Origin: an uncultured virus (IMG/VR IMGVR_UViG_3300020558_000001)
Taxonomy: Duplodnaviria; Heunggongvirae; Uroviricota; Caudoviricetes
Length of the DNA: 24,664 nt
Virus record (IMG/VR): IMGVR_UViG_3300020558_000001
Reading direction: 5' to 3' (one strand)
Below are positions 1-8,247 of this stretch, piece after piece. Position numbers and translations under genes: made by a program. Numbering within the stretch: position 1 is the first letter of the stretch; each line of letters starts with the position of its first letter. A model generated the notes under the pieces. That model did not search any database and was not told where the DNA came from. It saw nothing but the letters and a program-made list of their open reading frames with translations.

Positions 1-45
1 AGGTAGCTCCTCCCTTTTATTCTTTAATTCTATAAAAACATAATT

Positions 46-828
46 ATGTACGGTTATAATAATGATGAGAAATCATCAGGTTCAGCAAGTTTTGGTCTTA
101 ATCAAGGAGTCTTTATGACTAAATTTGAGTTTAATCCAAATGGTGGTAAAGATGGAGCAGCACAAGAATGCTTAGATATCACATTTGAATTTCCAGGTGG
201 TGCTGTAAGAAACTACAGACAATTTCCTGTAACTCAAGCAGTTGATAAAGATGGTAACAAGATTACTAATCCTAAAAGCAAAGAGATGATTGCAGCATTT
301 AATGAGTTTAACTCAAAGATTACTCAAATCATGAAATGTTATGTTACTGAAGAAGTTCTTAAAAGAGAACTTGCAGCAGCTAATAATTTTAAATCTTTTT
401 GTCATATCTTAAGCAATACTTTGCCTAAAGAATTTGCTGAAATTCCAGTTGATGTTTTTTGTCAGTATCAATGGCAACCTAAAACTGATGGTGAAACTAA
501 GTATTTGGAAATACCTAAAAATGTGAAGCAAGGTAAAGTATTTGCTGCAGCTGAAGAAGGTAATTTTAAACCAGTTAACATCAATAAGGAAGCAGGTGTT
601 GTTACTTACAATGGTAATGAATATCCTTTAACAGTAAATGGTAAGAGTGCAAGTTTCACTATTGGTGAAAAGACATTCAACATTGGTTCTGATAAAGGAT
701 TGATTTATATTGCTAAAGTAGGTGATGAAATCAAAACTCATAGTATTACAAGAACTGGATGGTTTATGGATTCCAATTGGGCAAAAACAACAAATGAAGA
801 TGCTCCAATTCAATCTTCTTGGGATTAA
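46..828 (+). CDS. Phage replication protein, putative ssDNA-binding protein
   Basis: 260-aa ORF directly upstream of primase; beta-rich N-terminal half and short acidic/aromatic tail (EDAPIQSSWD) as in phage SSBs. Function inferred from context. Confidence 0.45.
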   Translation: MYGYNNDEKSSGSASFGLNQGVFMTKFEFNPNGGKDGAAQECLDITFEFPGGAVRNYRQFPVTQAVDKDGNKITNPKSKEMIAAFNEFNSKITQIMKCYVTEEVLKRELAAANNFKSFCHILSNTLPKEFAEIPVDVFCQYQWQPKTDGETKYLEIPKNVKQGKVFAAAEEGNFKPVNINKEAGVVTYNGNEYPLTVNGKSASFTIGEKTFNIGSDKGLIYIAKVGDEIKTHSITRTGWFMDSNWAKTTNEDAPIQSSWD

Positions 829-850
829 TTAACCATAAAATCTTAATGCT

Positions 851-1807
851 ATGTATGGCTATCATGAACAACTCACAATCGAAGAAATATTTTTGAAAGT
901 AAATCAAAAAGAAATCTTTACTCATGTTTTTGGTAAGTTTCAAGTAGGAGAGTACTTAGTATCTCCATTTAGAAATGATGATAGTCCAGGATGTTGGATT
1001 CAATGGCATAATGGAAAGTTATACTTTACTGATTTTGGTTCATATCATGCTAATTTAGACATGATTGGCATTATTCAGCTAAAGTATAATTTTTCATTTA
1101 AAGAAGCCTTAGACTTTGTTGCTAATTTTAAATGTGATGAGGAACCTGAATATATACAGCAGGCAATTACAGTATCAAAATCCAATTCTTTATGTTTGGA
1201 ATTTTGTCCTAAGCTATTTGATGATTATCATAAAACATATTGGTCACAATATGAGATAACATCTAAACAACTAATTCAAGATAACATATTTGCAACCAAA
1301 TGGTATAAAGTTAATGAGCATTATTTTTTTCCTAATGCAGCAGATACTACTTATACAATATCATTTGTTACTGATGCTAAAATCAAAATTTGTAATCCTA
1401 AATATTCCAGAAAAGGTAAATGGGTTACAAATGCAAATCAAAATGTTATTGGTGGAACATCACAATTACCATTTTTAGGTGAAACTCTTTATATCACTAA
1501 GTCTTATAAGGATTGGAGAGTACTCAAAAACATAGGAATAGAATCTGTTATATATTTTCAGAATGAGGGTATGTTACCTGATATGAACATACTTAGTATT
1601 TATTTAAATGCATTTTCAGATGTTATTATTTTATTTGATAATGATGAGCCTGGTATTAATGCATCTAAAAAAGTTCAAGAATATATTAATGGTGAATTTT
1701 CCAACAAAGCATCTTATTTAACACTTCCTACTAAGGAAAAAGACCCTGCTGATATTATTAAAGCAGGTAATAAATTACAATTAACTAATTTTTTAAATTT
1801 AAAGTAA
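851..1807 (+). CDS. DNA primase (DnaG-like, TOPRIM)
   Basis: Degenerate Zn-finger-like N-terminus (SPFRNDDSPGC...FTDFG), TOPRIM-like YITKSYKD, DxD motif LFDNDEPG and KDPAD. Confidence 0.85.
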   Translation: MYGYHEQLTIEEIFLKVNQKEIFTHVFGKFQVGEYLVSPFRNDDSPGCWIQWHNGKLYFTDFGSYHANLDMIGIIQLKYNFSFKEALDFVANFKCDEEPEYIQQAITVSKSNSLCLEFCPKLFDDYHKTYWSQYEITSKQLIQDNIFATKWYKVNEHYFFPNAADTTYTISFVTDAKIKICNPKYSRKGKWVTNANQNVIGGTSQLPFLGETLYITKSYKDWRVLKNIGIESVIYFQNEGMLPDMNILSIYLNAFSDVIILFDNDEPGINASKKVQEYINGEFSNKASYLTLPTKEKDPADIIKAGNKLQLTNFLNLK

Positions 1808-2451
1808 TGAGAAAAGTAAAAGTTTATTCAACAGCTTTTGGTTTAAAAGCTATTAATTCTGCAGCAACAACTTGGGGTGAACTTCAAGATGATTTATCTA
1901 CTGCCAATGTTACATTTGGTAATATGAATGCTGTAGAAAATGTAGGTAATACTACACTTGTATTGAAAGAAGCAAAATTACCTGATGGTGAGTTTGTACT
2001 TATGTTGACTCCACAAAAGACTAAGTCTGGCTCTGATTATAAAATAGTTAGAGCTACTGTTGTAGAAATTATTACTAAATATGGTGTTTCTGCAAAGGAA
2101 CACTTTAATCGTGATGGTAGAAACTATACTAATAGAAATACAGCAGAGCTTTTGGGGTTAATTGCATTATGGAATGAAAAGCATCCTAAATCTGCTACTC
2201 CTGATGTAAAAATTTCAGGAATTGTTACTCCTAAACTTGAAGTAAGTACTCCAGCTCCTAAACCAGTAGTAGAAAAAATGAGTTTTGTAGAAGTTTTAAG
2301 ACTTGTACTTACTTATGATGAAATAAATGAGTATGAAGATTTAGAATCTTATATTCAAGATGCTATTGATATATTAAGAAATGACTCATCATCTGTAGAA
2401 GGTTTATCAGAAGAAGAAAAATCTTGGATTAACAAGATTAAAAATATGTAG
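1807..2451 (+). CDS. Putative ubiquitin-like (beta-grasp) protein precursor with C-terminal extension
   Basis: Residues 1-75 follow a beta-beta-alpha-beta pattern (RKVKVYST / KAINS / TTWGELQDDL ... LPDGEFVLMLTP) and end in QKTKSG75; directly upstream of E2-, JAB- and E1-like genes; TAATG overlap with primase. Confidence 0.7.
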   Translation: MRKVKVYSTAFGLKAINSAATTWGELQDDLSTANVTFGNMNAVENVGNTTLVLKEAKLPDGEFVLMLTPQKTKSGSDYKIVRATVVEIITKYGVSAKEHFNRDGRNYTNRNTAELLGLIALWNEKHPKSATPDVKISGIVTPKLEVSTPAPKPVVEKMSFVEVLRLVLTYDEINEYEDLESYIQDAIDILRNDSSSVEGLSEEEKSWINKIKNM

Positions 2452-2469
2452 TTGTAGTTGCTTGTTTAT

Positions 2470-2504
2470 AGAGGGTTGGGAGAAATCTTAACCCTCTTTT
2501 TTTT
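2470..2504 (+). terminator. Rho-independent terminator
   Basis: AGAGGGTTGGGA-GAAA-TCTTAACCCTCT hairpin (two G.U pairs) followed by a T run. Confidence 0.85.
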
Positions 2505-2523
2505 CACTTAAAATCACAAAACT

Positions 2524-3723
2524 ATGATAAATATATTTCATTTGTTGAGGATAGCAGCTAAAAAACAAGTTAAAAATCAAAGTATAAAGCATATTGAAGA
2601 ACATATTAGTAAAAGGTTTTATGTAAAAAATGGTGAATTAACTGTATTACAACAAAGGTCACACATATTGTTTACTAAAACATTTCCATTTTATAAATCT
2701 TTAAAACAAGCACTTGATAATTTTGGATTAGATTATGAAATTAGTTTAGGATATCATATAAAAACATTTAATCATAGCCCAGTTGATTACTATTATGCTC
2801 ATAATAATCTTTGTTATACTTGTACATCTGAAAAATTAGATTATTCAACTCAATTTATTCCTAAACTAAATGTTATAATTCATTTTCCTAAAGTAACATT
2901 AACTAATAGAGATAATAAGTATCACACAATCAAGAATTTATTTGTAAAGTTTAGTGTTAATATTTATCATAAAATAGATATGTTAGAAGGTACAAGAACT
3001 ACATTTCATCCTATTGAACATCAAAAAAGATATAGACATTCTCATTTAAATGCAAGTAGTGATATATCATTTAGTTATTTTTGTTTAGGTTCTGATGCTC
3101 CAATATCATTTACTAAAATACTACTTGAAGAAGAATTAACTAAACCTAATACAAGTTGGACTGATACATTTTTATTCTTTTTAAATCAGATTAAAGCTTA
3201 TTTAGTTTATGAATCATTAGAGGGTGGGCCATACATTAAGATTTCTTCTTTAACTTCTTCTAACTATACTATAGAGGATAAAATAGGTGCTCTACAATTA
3301 GACAGAACTTATAATTCAATAGCTAATGCATTTAATGCATTTTATCGTATGCAAATATTTCATTTCTTAAAACAAGGTAATTTATTATTTGCTAACAAAG
3401 TACTTGATGTTAAAAGAGAAGTATTTGATAGAGTAGTATTTAATGAAGATTTTTTAAATTCTTCTGCTTTTGATAATTATTTTAAAGCTAACTACATTGA
3501 ATACACTTATAATAATCTACCTGTAAGTTTTGAATCAGTATTAAACAATACAGAAGTATTATTAGATGAATATGTATTGTTTCAAGGTAAGAAGATATAT
3601 GGTTTAATTAAACCTGAAACTAATTTTGATAACCCTGACGAATTAAAAATTAACGTCAAACAAATTGTAAAAAATTATGTCTATAACAAATTTAGGTCAG
3701 AAATCAGCTCATATCAGATATGA
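2524..3723 (+). CDS. Putative E2-like (UBC-fold) conjugating enzyme
   Basis: YRHSHL (172-175) followed by FCLG (Cys187) resembles the E2 HPN(I/V)...ICL active site; preceded by HFPKV and followed by an amphipathic helix FLFFLNQIKAYL and ESLEGGPY; lies between Ubl and JAB genes. Confidence 0.6.
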   Translation: MINIFHLLRIAAKKQVKNQSIKHIEEHISKRFYVKNGELTVLQQRSHILFTKTFPFYKSLKQALDNFGLDYEISLGYHIKTFNHSPVDYYYAHNNLCYTCTSEKLDYSTQFIPKLNVIIHFPKVTLTNRDNKYHTIKNLFVKFSVNIYHKIDMLEGTRTTFHPIEHQKRYRHSHLNASSDISFSYFCLGSDAPISFTKILLEEELTKPNTSWTDTFLFFLNQIKAYLVYESLEGGPYIKISSLTSSNYTIEDKIGALQLDRTYNSIANAFNAFYRMQIFHFLKQGNLLFANKVLDVKREVFDRVVFNEDFLNSSAFDNYFKANYIEYTYNNLPVSFESVLNNTEVLLDEYVLFQGKKIYGLIKPETNFDNPDELKINVKQIVKNYVYNKFRSEISSYQI

Positions 3724-4768
3724 GAACATTACATTGAAAGGTGAGCCAGTAGTACATCTTTCATCTACAGTATGGGATAAAATAAAGTATTTATGTAAAA
3801 ACATCAATACAGTAGAATGGAGTGGCTCTATTTTCTATAGATTCATATCTGATAATCCTACATTATCTGATGTAACTACATTAGATATTGAAGTAGTAGA
3901 TATTATTCCATTAGATAAGGGTACTTCAGGATTTACTGAATACAATTTTGATTCAAGAGTTGTAAGTTACATGACTGAAATGGATTATTTTGATTTAAAA
4001 ATAGGTCATTGTCATTCTCATCATGAGATGAAAACATTCTTTTCAGGTACAGATATGTCAGAATTAAATGATAACTCTGAATTTATCAAACCTTATCTAT
4101 CTCTCATTGTAAATAATCATCATACATTTTCATGTAAACTTGCATTTAGAGTAGAAGCTGAACCAGTTCTTTACAAGTATCAAGATGTAAATGGTAATTG
4201 GCAAGCAATGATGTCAAAAACAGATGATGCTATTAAAGTAGCTTCTTATGACTGTGTTGTAGCTCCACCTAAAGTTCCATTAATTGTAAGTAGTAAATTC
4301 TTAGAACAGTTTGAACAGATTATGAAACCTAAGCCACAAACTGCAAAGGTTAAATATAAAATGGAACAAACAAGTTTGTTTGAAGATACTTTTGATTGGA
4401 ATAATGGTTTAAAAAGTCCTGTTATTATGAATGATGAGGAATCAGATGATAATCCTACACTCAGAGAATTAGAATTGATGTCTTGTTGTATTTTAAGATT
4501 AGGTCAAAAGATGGATAATGATTCAATAGAAATTACATTAGAAGATATTGAAAATTCTATCAATCAAAGACAAATGAATCTTGAAAAGTATGTTAAACAA
4601 ATTGGTAATAACATTAAAAGATACATTTCTCAATACTGGGAAACAGATATAACTGATGAAGAATTAGAAATGTTTACAGGAGATTTTATTGATGAGCTTA
4701 TTTTCTTACAAGATGAGTTTCCATTTGTACAAGACATTATTTTAGAATTTGATAAATCAATACTATAA
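3677..4768 (+). CDS. JAB/MPN+ (JAMM) metallopeptidase
   Basis: Complete JAMM motif E47...H113-S-H115-x7-S123-x2-D126 (VEWSG...GHCHSHHEMKTFFSGTD); acidic helical C-terminal domain. Confidence 0.9.
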   Translation: MSITNLGQKSAHIRYENITLKGEPVVHLSSTVWDKIKYLCKNINTVEWSGSIFYRFISDNPTLSDVTTLDIEVVDIIPLDKGTSGFTEYNFDSRVVSYMTEMDYFDLKIGHCHSHHEMKTFFSGTDMSELNDNSEFIKPYLSLIVNNHHTFSCKLAFRVEAEPVLYKYQDVNGNWQAMMSKTDDAIKVASYDCVVAPPKVPLIVSSKFLEQFEQIMKPKPQTAKVKYKMEQTSLFEDTFDWNNGLKSPVIMNDEESDDNPTLRELELMSCCILRLGQKMDNDSIEITLEDIENSINQRQMNLEKYVKQIGNNIKRYISQYWETDITDEELEMFTGDFIDELIFLQDEFPFVQDIILEFDKSIL

Positions 4769-4771
4769 ATT

Positions 4772-5494
4772 ATGAGTAGAGAAAGATTTCAAGATGCTCT
4801 ATGGGTTAATAAACCAGTATCTATCCATGTAGGTGGTGCAGGTGGCATTGGCTCATGGTTTTGTTTTTTTGCTACAAGAGCAGGATTTAGAGTACAAGTC
4901 TATGATTTTGACCGAGTAGAAGAACATAATTTAGGTGGTCAACTATTTCTTACTCAAGACATAGGTAACTTAAAAATAAATGCTCTGTCAAATGTAATCT
5001 CTTTGTTTAATGATGATGATTTTCAGTTTTATCATAAAGATTGGAGAATTGATGAGCATATTTCTTATTTTCCATTTAAGAATTATAATGGTTTAACAAT
5101 TATAGTTAGTGCTTTTGATAATATGAAAGCAAGAACTGATTTGTTTAACATTGCTATAAAATTACATAGTGATGAACAAAAAATATTTTTTGTTGATGGT
5201 AGATTACTTATGGAGCAAATGAGGATATATTGTATTGATATGTCAGATGATTCAAAGGTAGAAGATTATGCATTAAATCATTTATTTGATGATTCAGAAG
5301 TAGAAGAATTACCTTGTAGTATGAAACAAGTATCTCATGGTGCTGCTATGATTGCTACTCACATGTTAGGATTTATTACTAATAAGATTAGTAATGAATT
5401 TGAGTGGAAAGATGAAGTATTTAAAGTACCTTATATCTGGGATTATATTATTCCAATGAATAAAATAACAGAGCAATATGACATCACATCCTGA
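4772..5494 (+). CDS. ThiF/MoeB/E1-family adenylyltransferase (Ubl-activating enzyme)
   Basis: GGAGGIG nucleotide-binding loop, YDFDRVEEHNLGGQ, GNLK, SAFDN, DGR and a candidate catalytic Cys182 (ELPCSMK). Confidence 0.9.
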   Translation: MSRERFQDALWVNKPVSIHVGGAGGIGSWFCFFATRAGFRVQVYDFDRVEEHNLGGQLFLTQDIGNLKINALSNVISLFNDDDFQFYHKDWRIDEHISYFPFKNYNGLTIIVSAFDNMKARTDLFNIAIKLHSDEQKIFFVDGRLLMEQMRIYCIDMSDDSKVEDYALNHLFDDSEVEELPCSMKQVSHGAAMIATHMLGFITNKISNEFEWKDEVFKVPYIWDYIIPMNKITEQYDITS

Positions 5495-5975
5495 TTTAAC
5501 TCCAGTATTTTCTATAAGTACTTCACTTAACTACATATGGAAATCTTATACAAATTGCAGAACAGACTCATTCAATCTTAATTTAAATTTTAAAAAAATA
5601 TTGAATTTAAATTTTTGCAGTTTACCCAATTTAAGAACTAAGCAAGAAAAAACACTAAAGTTTTTTAAAGATTGTTTTTTAAGTGCTAATGCTTATGTTG
5701 ATTTCCAACAACAAGGATTACTTGTTGGACAAGGTATTGTATTTGATTATTTAGATTACTGCTTTGATGTAATTGTAATTAGAAAAAATGATATTTCAAT
5801 AAAGTTAAACAACAAACTTTATTATAGAAATACAAATTTAAAAGTATATATTACATCGGAATTTATCACTAAACACAAGAAAGCATTTGATATTGTTTAT
5901 GCAACAGTAAACAAATTAAATATTGAAATTGTGTCAAGAGAGCAGTTAAAATCTATACTGAATGAAAAACAATAG
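5478..5975 (+). CDS. Hypothetical protein coupled to the E1 gene
   Basis: 165-aa ORF overlapping both neighbours; no recognised motif. Confidence 0.7.
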   Translation: MTSHPDLTPVFSISTSLNYIWKSYTNCRTDSFNLNLNFKKILNLNFCSLPNLRTKQEKTLKFFKDCFLSANAYVDFQQQGLLVGQGIVFDYLDYCFDVIVIRKNDISIKLNNKLYYRNTNLKVYITSEFITKHKKAFDIVYATVNKLNIEIVSREQLKSILNEKQ

Positions 5976-6330
5976 AACTAAGGGGCATAGTGCTGAAAGG
6001 CTTTATGCCCTTAAATTTAGAGAGTTATTTCCTAAATGTCAAACAAGTAGATATGCATCAAGAATGATGGATGATGCTGGAGTAGACCTTGTAGGATTAC
6101 CAATGTTAGTTCAGATTAAAGCTGGATTACAAAAAGGTATGAAACCACATGAAGTACTTAAAAACATTAAGGATAATTTACCTGATGAATCTAAACCAAA
6201 AGTATTGATTCATCATAAGGAGGGAGCTAAAGGTAAGAAAAGAGATGAATTTTCTTCTTTAGTAACCATGACGTTTGAAGATTTTTTTAACCTTATTAAT
6301 TTAGCATACAATGATACTAAGACCAAGTAA
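5962..6330 (+). CDS. PD-(D/E)xK nuclease, putative Holliday junction resolvase
   Basis: NRTKGHSAER, GVDL and VQIKAG match the small Hjc-like phage resolvase layout. Confidence 0.7.
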   Translation: MKNNRTKGHSAERLYALKFRELFPKCQTSRYASRMMDDAGVDLVGLPMLVQIKAGLQKGMKPHEVLKNIKDNLPDESKPKVLIHHKEGAKGKKRDEFSSLVTMTFEDFFNLINLAYNDTKTK

Positions 6331-7363
6331 AGAAGAGATAGAAGAGTACAGAAATTCTCCTGCCATTAATCAATCTAAGTTAAAACTTTTACTTGTAAGT
6401 GTAGATACATTTAAAGAAGTAAAAGAACCAGAAATGTTCTTTGAAGAAAAAGAGCATTTTGTAATAGGTAAAGGAGTAGATGATTTTATTACTATGGGTC
6501 AAGAATATTTTGACCAGGAGTATTATCTTAGTAATAATTCTAAACCAAGTGCTACTATAATGTCTATTGTACAACAAGTATTCCAATCTCGCACTAATGA
6601 TGATTGGTTTGCACAAGATTTATTAAGTGCAATAGATGCTCATGCTTATCAACCAAATTGGAAACTTGATACTAAAATTAAAAAAGTTTCTGAAGAAGGT
6701 GAGCAATATTGGTTAGAATTAGTACAAAGTGAAGGTAAAAATGTACTTAGTATAGAACAGTTTGCTAAAATACAATCTATTGTAACTCAATTATTTGAAC
6801 ATGCTCACACTAAGGTTATATTTGAACAAGAAAATAATGTAGATGTTTATTATCAATTACCTATTTATTTTGAGGAAGAAGAATTACAATGTAAAGCTCT
6901 TTTAGATATGGTTGTAGTTGACCATAATTCAAAAGAAATTACTCCTTATGACATTAAAACATTAGGTGATTATACTAAATTCTTTGATTATCAATGTAAG
7001 AAGAGAAGATATGATATTCAAGCAGCATTCTATTTTGAAGCTATATCTGATTGGAGAGATATGAATTTTTCTGATTATGAACTTAATCCTTTCTCATTTA
7101 TAGTTGCATCTACTACTAAACAATGTCCACCATTAGAGTTTGTAACAACTCCTGAATTTTTAAATGTTGGTAAATTTGGTTATGAAGCTGTATCTTTATT
7201 TAATGTTGGTGAAGAAGAACTTGAAACTGGTACTATGATTAAAGGTTTTTCTCAATTATTAAGTGAGTATAAATGGTATGAAGAAAATGGATGGGATGTA
7301 GATAAAGAAATTTATGATGCAGCTGGTGTATTTTATATTGGTTCAGATTATAAAAAACATTAA
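6311..7363 (+). CDS. PD-(D/E)xK exonuclease (RecE/exonuclease VIII-like)
   Basis: AINQSKLK, KALLDMV, YDIKT and YDIQAAFY motifs. Confidence 0.8.
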   Translation: MILRPSKEEIEEYRNSPAINQSKLKLLLVSVDTFKEVKEPEMFFEEKEHFVIGKGVDDFITMGQEYFDQEYYLSNNSKPSATIMSIVQQVFQSRTNDDWFAQDLLSAIDAHAYQPNWKLDTKIKKVSEEGEQYWLELVQSEGKNVLSIEQFAKIQSIVTQLFEHAHTKVIFEQENNVDVYYQLPIYFEEEELQCKALLDMVVVDHNSKEITPYDIKTLGDYTKFFDYQCKKRRYDIQAAFYFEAISDWRDMNFSDYELNPFSFIVASTTKQCPPLEFVTTPEFLNVGKFGYEAVSLFNVGEEELETGTMIKGFSQLLSEYKWYEENGWDVDKEIYDAAGVFYIGSDYKKH

Positions 7364-7364
7364 A

Positions 7365-7922
7365 ATGGATAGGATTAAAGTTCAAATTGGTACAGTACAA
7401 ATGAACAAAACTTCAAGATTTGTAAAACCTTGTTTAAGATTATATGGAGAAGATTTCATAAAAAAATTAAACAGTATTTACAAGTTGGCTTATGGTGTAG
7501 GAGATATGTTCATTAATAAAGAATATAGTCAACATATTTTTATATTAATTGATACTAAAAAATGTATAAATCATTGGATTACAAGTCTTGATTGGGTTAG
7601 ACAACAAGAATATTATGAAGATGATTATGCATTTGATGATTTAGTGACAGGTAGATTACACATGCTTGTTATTAAATTACCTGATGAAATTGATTTAGAA
7701 TCATTTTGGAAGGGTAAGTATTCTAAGATGTATAAAGATGAAAAGCTAATTGATTTATTAGATGATGAAACAAAAGCAATAGTTATTAAAGATGCTAATT
7801 ATAAAGTAAAATTCATAGAAAAACTTAGAAAACAATTTACTTCTAATATTCAAATATCTCAACTTAATCCTGAAGCAGAATTAGAAATTCCACCAACTGT
7901 TGACGAAGAACAAATATTTTAA
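7365..7922 (+). CDS. Hypothetical phage protein
   Basis: ORF track starts at 7314; the ATG at 7365, just after the exonuclease stop, is the more likely start. Confidence 0.7.
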   Translation: MDRIKVQIGTVQMNKTSRFVKPCLRLYGEDFIKKLNSIYKLAYGVGDMFINKEYSQHIFILIDTKKCINHWITSLDWVRQQEYYEDDYAFDDLVTGRLHMLVIKLPDEIDLESFWKGKYSKMYKDEKLIDLLDDETKAIVIKDANYKVKFIEKLRKQFTSNIQISQLNPEAELEIPPTVDEEQIF

Positions 7923-7927
7923 TTACA

Positions 7928-7956
7928 AAGGGTTGTAGCAATACAACCCTTATTTT
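7928..7956 (+). terminator. Rho-independent terminator
   Basis: Perfect AAGGGTTGTA-GCAA-TACAACCCTT hairpin followed by ATTTT. Confidence 0.75.
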
Positions 7957-7969
7957 AAAAACTAAAAGT

Positions 7970-8224
7970 ATGATGAAACTTGTAAGAATTAAAGGTAAAG
8001 ATGAATATATTTTGTTTGGACCAGACATAGACATTGTAGATAATATGATTGGTGGAGAATGTTTAGCTGTAACAGATAAATCATTATTACCAATTGACAT
8101 TAATGTAGGTCAATTAGACAAATCAAAGATTAGTATTTTTATCCAGGAAGATACAGATAATAATATTTGGGATGTAGAAGTTGACCATGACTTAAATGTT
8201 TACCACAAAGACCAATTAATATAA
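7970..8224 (+). CDS. Hypothetical protein
   Basis: 84-aa ORF with an A-rich leader, collinear with neighbours. Confidence 0.7.
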   Translation: MMKLVRIKGKDEYILFGPDIDIVDNMIGGECLAVTDKSLLPIDINVGQLDKSKISIFIQEDTDNNIWDVEVDHDLNVYHKDQLI

Positions 8225-8247
8225 TTAATTAACAAAATCAGAAGAAT

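Noticed and set aside
1..25. Possible 3' half of a terminator at the window start
   Set aside because: The 5' arm would lie outside the window and cannot be verified.
4772..5494. ThiF as a thiamine/molybdopterin or microcin biosynthesis enzyme
   Set aside because: No ThiS/MoaD ending in GG, no thiG, moaE, rhodanese or precursor peptide nearby; neighbours are JAB- and E2-like.
1807..5494. Host CBASS or Bil defence island
   Set aside because: No CD-NTase or effector; the genes are coupled to phage primase and nucleases and share the phage's composition.
6311..7363. Cas4 / CRISPR association
   Set aside because: No Cas4-type four-Cys Fe-S arrangement and no repeat-spacer array seen in the window.
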